Assembly: GCA_051117555.1 (NCBI GenBank)
Contig: JBNPEG010000004.1
Location: 1 to 13,647 of the forward strand
Source of the DNA: Elainellaceae cyanobacterium
Lineage (GTDB): Bacteria > Cyanobacteriota > Cyanobacteriia > CAZCXK01
Reading direction: 5' to 3'
Length of the DNA stretch: 13,647 bases
Shown: positions 1 through 6,417 of the stretch, one piece after another
How the letters are laid out: every line of letters begins with the position of its first letter
How positions within the stretch are numbered: the first letter of the stretch is position 1
Made by a program: the position numbers and the translations under genes
Notes under the pieces: generated by a model
The model's input: the letters and a program-made list of their open reading frames with translations, nothing else
Told to the model about the DNA's origin: nothing
Database searches by the model: none

Positions 1-157
1 GACGATTGAGGCGATCGCCCAGTTGATGTATCCAACGGATGCCATGACTGACATTATCAATCGAATTGCAGCGCAGTGGAGGCAGAGCCGATTGAGCCGA
101 GGATGGCGACGTAATCTGTTCGAAAGTTTGTTTACAGTGCGCCGTGATTGGTCATGA
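1..157 (+). CDS. 3' end of an upstream CDS (partial, product unknown)
   Basis: The frame starting at base 2 is open (TIEAIAQLMYPTDAMTDIINRIAAQWRQSRLSRGWRRNLFESLFTVRRDWS) until TGA at 155-157. It contains an in-frame HIP1 'AIA' motif typical of cyanobacterial coding sequence. Confidence 0.4.
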   Translation, partial: TIEAIAQLMYPTDAMTDIINRIAAQWRQSRLSRGWRRNLFESLFTVRRDWS

Positions 158-348
158 TCAATGGCTGCAAATATAGCGTTAGCCAGCTAGTTGAGGACGT
201 GATTCTTGACTAGAAACAACACCGGGGAAGCGATCTAGCAAGCAACCGCACAAGGAACTATGGTGGTTGCTAGGCTGATGGATGGATACCTACGGACGAA
301 CAGATCCCAAATCGAGAGATGATATCTAGAGTTAGTTGGCTTGTTTCC

Positions 349-684
349 TCAGTCTGAGGCTTGTGAAACATAATACATAACGCATTCAGAAGGTGTTGAG
401 TAGCGAATGAATGTCCCTTTATCAATTAAAAGGCAATCACCTTGTTTCACCTGATAAATGTGATCGCCTCGAACATCGAGGATCATCTCGCCCTCCACAA
501 TGTATTTAAACTCATCATATTGATAGTCAAAGTCAATGCTGTTACTGGATTTGAAATGATAGAAACCGCATTTCATGGGTTTGGAAGAAGTTGACTTCCC
601 AAACGTTATAAATCGCAAATCAACGCCTTCCACACCAAAATCAATCCAATTACCCTTTTCTGCTGGAATATGTGTTAATGCCAT
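349..684 (-). CDS. Cupin domain protein (EutQ/DUF861-like)
   Basis: 111-aa ORF with cupin motifs MKCGFY, YQYDEFKYIVEGEM and VKQGDCLLIDKGT. It is divergent from a regulator. Confidence 0.8.
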   Translation of the reverse strand: MALTHIPAEKGNWIDFGVEGVDLRFITFGKSTSSKPMKCGFYHFKSSNSIDFDYQYDEFKYIVEGEMILDVRGDHIYQVKQGDCLLIDKGTFIRYSTPSECVMYYVSQASD

Positions 685-800
685 CGTGGGTTTAACTGCT
701 TTTGGATTTACACTAGCAGCTTAAACTCAAGCTTATTCCCTAACCAGGAGTGAATTTATCATAGTATTGGTAATACCAGGTTAGAGAGAGACAACACGGT

Positions 801-1646
801 GTGATAGATAAGAAGAAACGATTAAAAGAGTTGTCAAGCTTTCTAAAAACCCGCCGTGGTCGAATTTCTCCAGAGCAAGTTGGTTTACCAGAGGGAGTTC
901 GGCGGCGGACACCTGGACTACGCCGAGAAGAAGTTGCTCAACTTGCAGGAGTCGGAGTGACCTGGTATACCTGGATTGAACAGGGACGTGAGGTTCAAGT
1001 TTCAGTTCAAGTGTTAGAAGGAATCGCTCGTGCCCTCAAGCTCAATTTGGATGAGCAGAAACATTTATTTCTGTTGGCGGATCAGTCACCTCCTATCGAT
1101 TCTATTCCATCTCAAGAGATGGTGAATCCCTTGCTGCTAAGGGCACTCGATCAATTTGGCGCAAACCCTGCCTACATTACCGGACAAAGATGGGATTTAC
1201 TTGCTTGGAATCAAGCTGCTTGTGCTGTATTTGGCAATTTTGAATCACTGCCACTTCAGGAGCGAAATATTCTTTGGTTTGTGTTCATGAATGAAAATCT
1301 GCGACAAGTTTTAGTTGATTGGGAAGCTCATGCTCGCTTAGTACTGGCTCAGTTTCGCGTAAACTACAGCCGTTTTGTTGGAGATCCTTGGTTTGTTGAA
1401 TTAATCAATAATCTTGAGGTTGCTAGCCCAGAGTTTCGACTGTGGTGGACAGAACATGACATATTAGGCAGAACAGATGGGCGTAAAGAAATCAATCATC
1501 CACTCGTTGGTCGACTAATACTAAACTATATTGTCTTCAAGGTCGCTGATAGCCCAAATCTAGAGGTTGTGATGTACTTACCATTGTCAGAGTCAGACAC
1601 CACTCTTAAACTTCAGCAACTTTTAGCAAAGTCAAGTAGTTGGTGA
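801..1646 (+). CDS. XRE-family HTH transcriptional regulator with MmyB-like ligand-binding domain
   Basis: Signature LSSFLKTRRGRISPEQVGLP..RRRTPGLRREEVAQLAGVGVTWYTWIEQGR. The C-terminus has PAYI..RWDLLAWN, RNILW, SPEFRLWW and HPLVG. GTG start after a purine-rich stretch. Confidence 0.93.
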   Translation: MIDKKKRLKELSSFLKTRRGRISPEQVGLPEGVRRRTPGLRREEVAQLAGVGVTWYTWIEQGREVQVSVQVLEGIARALKLNLDEQKHLFLLADQSPPIDSIPSQEMVNPLLLRALDQFGANPAYITGQRWDLLAWNQAACAVFGNFESLPLQERNILWFVFMNENLRQVLVDWEAHARLVLAQFRVNYSRFVGDPWFVELINNLEVASPEFRLWWTEHDILGRTDGRKEINHPLVGRLILNYIVFKVADSPNLEVVMYLPLSESDTTLKLQQLLAKSSSW

Positions 1647-1772
1647 GTTGCCAAGGTTGTCTGTCGTCGCTGTGTTTTGCCGTTGTATAGCAACAATTAT
1701 CTAGCCATATTTTCAGCAGACCCTGAGCTGAAGCTGATAGATTGTGACCAGAGCAACCCTCAGAGCACACCG

Positions 1773-3203
1773 ATGCAAGACATTTACGAAGAACAGCCCA
1801 TTCCATTCGAAGTCGCCCTCAAGGTTGCCGATGCAGCCGTTTTTTCTAAATCAGCGCGACATCTCAAAAATATAGAGGTTTCTGTTCTTCGGGGAGCCTG
1901 GAACAACCAGAAATATGATGAAATTGCCGATGAGAATGGGTATGCCCCCGAATACATTAAGCATGATGTGGGGCCTAAACTGTGGCAGCTTCTATCGTCG
2001 AGCTTTGGTGAAAAAGTCAGCAAAACCAATTTAGTAGCAGTTTTGGTTCAGCAGACAGAGAATCGAGCCGATTCATCCCCCTTGTCTGCTTCACCTCATG
2101 CCCCCCCTCGTTCTCAACCATCTGGGGGGTCTCACACCACACCATCGAGCATCGAGCCTTTGGTGGGATTGGTGCCGATTGATTCAAATTTTTATATCAC
2201 ACGCCATCCCCACGAACAGCGATGTTATGACGAAATCGTCAGACCCGGATCGCTCATTCGCATCAAAGCACCCAGTCAAACGGGCAAAACATCGCTGATG
2301 GTTCGGATTTTGGCTCATGCCAAACAGCATCACGCTGACTTCAATGCAGACGAAGTATTTATCGTGCCGTTGAGCTTGCAGCGGGCTGATAAGGCGATCT
2401 TTTCTGATCTAGAACGGTTTCTAAAGTGGTTTTGTACGACCCTTTCCTACAAACTTCGTTTGCCCTATCGCATTGAGGAGTATTGGACTGATACATTTGG
2501 CAGCAAGGGAAACTGCACGGCGTACTTTGAAGATTTTCTCTTGCCTGATATTCAAAGCCCATTGGTGATTGCGCTTGATCAAGTAGATGAAGTATTTCGT
2601 CATCCAGAAATTGCCGACGACTTTTTCTCTCTACTGCGATCATGGTACGAAGAAGCCGCCTATGGAGATAGTGGCAATCCACTCTGGCAATATTTAAGAT
2701 TGATTATCGTTCACTCGACGGAAGTTTACATTCCGTTGGATATCAACCAGTCTCCGTTCAATGTAGGACTTGCAATTGAGCTGACCGAATTCACGGCGGA
2801 TCAAGTCTTTGAATTGGCTCAGCGCTATGAGCTGACGCTTTCATCCGCTGATATCTCTGCGCTCATGCACTTACTCGGTGGACATCCATACCTTACCCAG
2901 CAAGCTTTTTATCATCTTGCCCAAGATGATTTAACGATTAGTCAGCTTCTAGAAACGTCAGCCACCGAATCAGGAATTTATAACAACCATCTCCATCGGC
3001 ATTTGCAAAATTTGCAGCAACATCCACCGTTGGCGATCGCCTTTGCCGAGATTGCAACGGCATCAGCACCCGTCGAACTCGAACAAATCCTAGCCTTTCA
3101 ATTGCGAAGTATGGGATTAGTCAAGTTTCACGGAAATCAGGTGATCCCAAGCTGCGATTTATATCGTCACTATTTTACAAATCGCCTCACATCAAGCCCA
3201 TAG
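1773..3203 (+). CDS. AAA-like (AAA_35-type) P-loop NTPase with cyanobacterial N-terminal HTH domain
   Basis: N-terminal VLRGAW..QKYDEIA..GY..YIK.DVGPKLWQLLS..FGEKVSKTN domain; Walker A-like IKAPSQTGKTS; Walker B LVIALDQVD; plus DFFSLLRSWYE, QSPFNVG and GGHPYL. I prefer ATG 1773 over TTG 1677 as the start. Confidence 0.88.
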   Translation: MQDIYEEQPIPFEVALKVADAAVFSKSARHLKNIEVSVLRGAWNNQKYDEIADENGYAPEYIKHDVGPKLWQLLSSSFGEKVSKTNLVAVLVQQTENRADSSPLSASPHAPPRSQPSGGSHTTPSSIEPLVGLVPIDSNFYITRHPHEQRCYDEIVRPGSLIRIKAPSQTGKTSLMVRILAHAKQHHADFNADEVFIVPLSLQRADKAIFSDLERFLKWFCTTLSYKLRLPYRIEEYWTDTFGSKGNCTAYFEDFLLPDIQSPLVIALDQVDEVFRHPEIADDFFSLLRSWYEEAAYGDSGNPLWQYLRLIIVHSTEVYIPLDINQSPFNVGLAIELTEFTADQVFELAQRYELTLSSADISALMHLLGGHPYLTQQAFYHLAQDDLTISQLLETSATESGIYNNHLHRHLQNLQQHPPLAIAFAEIATASAPVELEQILAFQLRSMGLVKFHGNQVIPSCDLYRHYFTNRLTSSP

Positions 3204-3213
3204 AGTCGGCGAT

Positions 3214-3261
3214 CGCTAACCAAAAAGGAGGCTATAACAATAGCCTCCTTTTTGGTTAGCG
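3214..3261. terminator. Bidirectional intrinsic terminator between convergent genes
   Basis: Perfect 22-bp inverted repeat CGCTAACCAAAAAGGAGGCTAT-aaca-ATAGCCTCCTTTTTGGTTAGCG. A T5 tract follows the core stem on both strands. Confidence 0.9.
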
Positions 3262-3283
3262 GAGAAACTTGATGGGGGTGAAG

Positions 3284-3691
3284 TTACACAACGCGCTGCA
3301 TTTCGCGTTCAAGCTGGGCAACAAGATTCTCGTCTCCCCGTGCTCGTGCAACTTCTAGACGATGCTGCAAGCGATTTTGAATATTTTGGTTATGAACTCG
3401 TGCCACTTCCCGCAGCACACTTTGCCGATTGGGCTTAGCCGCCTTGTTCTGCGTTGGAACGACTTCATTGGTGGCTGCAACAGGCTGCCGCGTTTGAATT
3501 GCACCCGTAGCGCTAGTCTGATACATGATGCCTCGATATGTTAGATCGAGCGTCGGTTGAGGAATGGGAATATGCCGAGGGTAAGCAAATCTGAATGTAT
3601 GCCCTCGATAACGACCGATGCGCTGAGTTTCAGCCATATCGACGGGTAATGGCTCAGAATCGTAGCGAACGCCCCGATAGGAAAGTCTCAT
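3284..3691 (-). CDS. DUF4278 domain protein with PirA-like C-terminal helix
   Basis: Starts MRLSYRGVRY and has three YRG motifs (DUF4278-like). The C-terminus is HNQNIQNRLQHRLEVARARGDENLVAQLERE. A strong RBS AGGAG lies 7 nt before the ATG. Confidence 0.88.
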   Translation of the reverse strand: MRLSYRGVRYDSEPLPVDMAETQRIGRYRGHTFRFAYPRHIPIPQPTLDLTYRGIMYQTSATGAIQTRQPVAATNEVVPTQNKAAKPNRQSVLREVARVHNQNIQNRLQHRLEVARARGDENLVAQLEREMQRVV

Positions 3692-3933
3692 GTTATATCT
3701 CCTGAATTATAAATGCGGTGTGGAAAGCTGGAACGAAGCACAACATGGGAACAATGTTGGTTATCCCAATTCTCGATTTCGGATTTTCGATGTCGGATGG
3801 ACGGGCACAAACCCTGATTGGATTCCAGCCTGCTTATCTGTAGCCCTACTTTGGAGAATGAGTATTAGACAAATTTTGAAAGCTTTGATTTAGGATGACT
3901 TTCAAAACGGGAAAGAAGAACTCAATCCCGTCT

Positions 3934-3947
3934 GTATATTATTTTAC
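3934..3947 (-). promoter_or_regulatory. Putative NtcA box (GTA-N8-TAC) overlapping the -10 element of the DUF4278 gene promoter
   Basis: The + strand reads GTA-TATTATTT-TAC. On the minus strand the box contains TAAAAT (3946-3941), a -10-like hexamer. Confidence 0.6.
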
Positions 3948-4216
3948 CGTTTTTGCTAATGCCTGCAAATTAAATAAAATTTAAGATAGGGTAAATTCGC
4001 GTAATATGCCTCAAGTTATTGCTCCTTAATAAGCAGCTTATCCGCCGAAACCCTTTGATACTCTAATTATTCAAGGAATTTAATATCGCTGCCTCTCTCT
4101 AAAGAGCGATCGCCCGGAGTCGAATTGGCTGGGTTAGTACGTCAGAGATTCCTGTGAATTTGAAGAACATCCTCCACAAGCACAGTTCTATTCGGTATGA
4201 TCGAAAATCGTGTCTA

Positions 4217-4249
4217 ATGCGACTGTCTGGCCAATTAGGGGATAGGTAG
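4217..4249 (+). CDS. Putative leader peptide/uORF MRLSGQLGDR upstream of speD
   Basis: ATG CGA CTG TCT GGC CAA TTA GGG GAT AGG TAG, ending 1 nt before the speD GTG. A -10-like TATGAT lies at 4196-4201. Translation is unproven. Confidence 0.35.
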   Translation: MRLSGQLGDR

Positions 4250-4285
4250 GGTGTTGCATTTACCATCTGGCCAATTGGGGGATAG
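4226..4285 (+). repeat. 20-bp direct repeat (two copies, 40 bp period) spanning the speD start
   Basis: TCTGGCCAATTAGGGGATAG (4226-4245) and TCTGGCCAATTGGGGGATAG (4266-4285) differ at one position. Confidence 0.9.
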
Positions 4286-4667
4286 ACCTCTTGCTCCCGT
4301 TGGACGTCACTGTATTCTCGAACTGTATGGTTGTCCGGCTAAGCGGCTCAACGATACGGCATTGATTCGGGATGTTCTTAAAGGATCGGCAGAACGCGCC
4401 CGTTCAACATTTTTAGGCGATTTAATCCATCAATTTGCGCCTCACGGTATTACCGCCATTGCGCTTCTCGCTGAGTCTCATATTTCAATTCACACCTGGC
4501 CCGAAGACGGCTATGCCGCTATTGATGTGTTTACCTGCGGCGAGCATACCCAACCCGAGCAAGCCTGCTACTATCTCATCAATCAGCTCGAAGCACGCCA
4601 TTACTCATTATGTACTCTGCCTCGGAAGACTCATAAACCCATTCATATTGTGGATTCTGAACGTTGA
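4251..4667 (+). CDS. speD: S-adenosylmethionine decarboxylase proenzyme (pyruvoyl-dependent, class 1B)
   Basis: GRHCILELYGC, self-cleavage motif LAESHISIHTWPE and IDVFTCG. It lies directly upstream of an aminopropyltransferase gene. Confidence 0.93.
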   Translation: MLHLPSGQLGDRPLAPVGRHCILELYGCPAKRLNDTALIRDVLKGSAERARSTFLGDLIHQFAPHGITAIALLAESHISIHTWPEDGYAAIDVFTCGEHTQPEQACYYLINQLEARHYSLCTLPRKTHKPIHIVDSER

Positions 4668-4715
4668 ATTCAGACCAATGAACGCCCTAAGTTATTGATT
4701 CTCAGAACTTGAACT

Positions 4716-5660
4716 ATGTCTGGAGCCGATGTTCGTGCAGATTTTTGGTTGAGTGAATATATCACGCCGTGGGATCTCTATGCTCACGGCATCATCCGCA
4801 TTCTGGCGCATCGCCAAACGCCCTACCAAGACATGTACGTAGTTGAGACGGGGGCCTATGGCAAAGCGCTGGTCTTGGACGGCAAATGGCAATCCTGCAC
4901 GGGCGATGAATTTCTCTACCATGAAGGACTCGTGCATCCTGCCATGATTTTTCATGGACATCCTCGCACTGTGCTCGTCCTCGGTGGCGGAGAGGGGGCG
5001 ACCGTGCGAGAAGTATTACGTTGGCATACGGTCGAGCAGGTTGTGATGGTGGATATTGATGGAGAGGTGGTGGAGGCGTGTCGTCAGCATTTACCCGAAA
5101 TGCACCAAAATGCCTTTGACGATCCACGAGTTGAGGTGATGATTGGAGATGCGCTCGATTTTATTGAGACGACTCAAACGCGGTGGGATGTGATTATTTC
5201 TGATTTGACCGATCCGATTGAGTCAGGTCCTGCATTTCAACTATTTACGAAGGAGCATTATCAGCACATTCAGAAAGTATTGGCTCCTGACGGATTTTTG
5301 GCACTCCAGGCAGGGCCGACTGCGCCCGCAGAAATGCATCTGCATACTCGCTTGGCTAATACAGTGAGACAGGTCTTTGCACAGGCTCAATCGTATCTAT
5401 GCCATGCGATGAGCTTTGGGTCGCCGCTCGGGTTTATTTTGGCGTCACCTCACGAGTTTTCGACACGCCCCGATCCAGATGCCATCGATCGCCTCCTCGC
5501 TGATCAAACGACTGGAGAGTTTCGGTTGATGGATGGAGCGACGCTGTTGGGGATGATGCAAACTCCAAAACATATCCAAGATGCGATCGCCACTGAAACC
5601 CAAATTTATACGTTAGAGAATCCTCCTCAGCCAATGGGACGAGGAGTGATGGGTGATTAG
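4716..5660 (+). CDS. speE: Polyamine aminopropyltransferase (spermidine synthase family)
   Basis: TPYQ, GKALVLDGKWQS, DEFLYHEGLVHPAM, VLVLGGGEGATVRE, MVDIDGEVV and DVIISDLTDP motifs. Confidence 0.93.
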   Translation: MSGADVRADFWLSEYITPWDLYAHGIIRILAHRQTPYQDMYVVETGAYGKALVLDGKWQSCTGDEFLYHEGLVHPAMIFHGHPRTVLVLGGGEGATVREVLRWHTVEQVVMVDIDGEVVEACRQHLPEMHQNAFDDPRVEVMIGDALDFIETTQTRWDVIISDLTDPIESGPAFQLFTKEHYQHIQKVLAPDGFLALQAGPTAPAEMHLHTRLANTVRQVFAQAQSYLCHAMSFGSPLGFILASPHEFSTRPDPDAIDRLLADQTTGEFRLMDGATLLGMMQTPKHIQDAIATETQIYTLENPPQPMGRGVMGD

Positions 5661-5697
5661 CGTTTAGCTATAGCAATCCCAGATTGTGGGTGAGCGG

Positions 5698-5802
5698 TAA
5701 GTAGGTAGACATAAATAAACGGTGCTGTAGTGTGCTGCTAGGCATAACCGTAACGCACCACCCTACAAGGCTTTGATGCTGAATTATTCATGCACTCCCT
5801 GA
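5698..5802. repeat. Degenerate REP/MITE-like intergenic element
   Basis: The core is TGTAG...TAACGCACC...CTACA (5726-5767), flanked by an imperfect inverted pair CATAAATAA / TTATTCATG. Confidence 0.4.
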
Positions 5803-5860
5803 TCATCCCCGTCCTAAAGTATGCTGATATCTGTTCCCCCCCGATCAATAATGCGCTGCT

Positions 5861-6304
5861 ATGAATGTCGAGTTTCGAGAGTGCGACTTCTTTGACTTAT
5901 GGATTTGGCTTGAGTTCAGTACGGCTCCCTCATCGATGGAGCAGCAATACATCGATGAAATTTTGAATTCTTGGTTTTTTATCGGCAAGTTGGGCGGGTT
6001 TAATGCTGAAAATCTTCAGGTTCAAGACACCGGGCTTGACATCAGCTACCTAGACTATGACAACGATACGGCAGACAGCAGCATGATGGCACTCATGCAC
6101 AACATGGCTGAGGTCGAATATCGCAGCACCTGGGCACGATGCTGGTTTGACTTGGGCACATCGGATGCGATCGCCCTGGATGTTCTAATCAACGCATTCA
6201 AGCAATTTAGCAAAGACTATGTGACAATCGAGCGCTTAATCATTGGCGGCGAAAATCCAGACTGGAAAGTGTCGGGCAAACGCCCCCCCTTTGCCGAAGG
6301 ATGA
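5861..6304 (+). CDS. DUF3531 family protein
   Basis: MNVEFRE.DFFDLWIWLEF, SWF.IGKLGGFNAENLQV, ALMHNM, WARCWFDLGTSDAIALDVLIN and IIGGEN.DW are typical of this cyanobacterial family. Confidence 0.88.
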   Translation: MNVEFRECDFFDLWIWLEFSTAPSSMEQQYIDEILNSWFFIGKLGGFNAENLQVQDTGLDISYLDYDNDTADSSMMALMHNMAEVEYRSTWARCWFDLGTSDAIALDVLINAFKQFSKDYVTIERLIIGGENPDWKVSGKRPPFAEG

Positions 6305-6365
6305 GTCGTTAAGCCTATCCCGCACTACTTATAGCCGAACGCTCTCGCGTTAGGACGTTGAACGT

Positions 6366-6399
6366 GTGATGAGCCCCCGCAGCGTGCGGCTCACCACAC
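6366..6399. terminator. Stem-loop between convergent DUF3531 and vWA genes
   Basis: TGTGATGAGCC...GGCTCACCACA imperfect inverted repeat. On the minus strand it is preceded, not followed, by GTTT, so a terminator role is uncertain. Confidence 0.35.
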
Positions 6400-6417
6400 A
6401 AACCTAAGCCCGCAGGG

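Noticed and set aside
1677..1772. N-terminal extension of the AAA-like protein from TTG 1677
   Set aside because: There is no RBS and the sequence is not domain-like; ATG 1773 sits just before the conserved HTH domain.
3690..3893. 67-aa + strand ORF in the DUF4278 leader
   Set aside because: It is antisense to the leader/RBS of a well-supported gene, has no recognisable motif, and its ATG overlaps the DUF4278 start.
3692..3935. Canonical glutamine riboswitch (glnA motif) expected upstream of DUF4278
   Set aside because: I could not find the CGTT...GGAAGTA...GAAG.AACG pattern on the minus strand; only an isolated AAAGTAGGG is present.
4251..4667. SpeD homologue neofunctionalised as arginine/ornithine decarboxylase
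   Set aside because: Such homologues exist, but direct linkage to an aminopropyltransferase favours AdoMetDC. It cannot be fully excluded without an assay.
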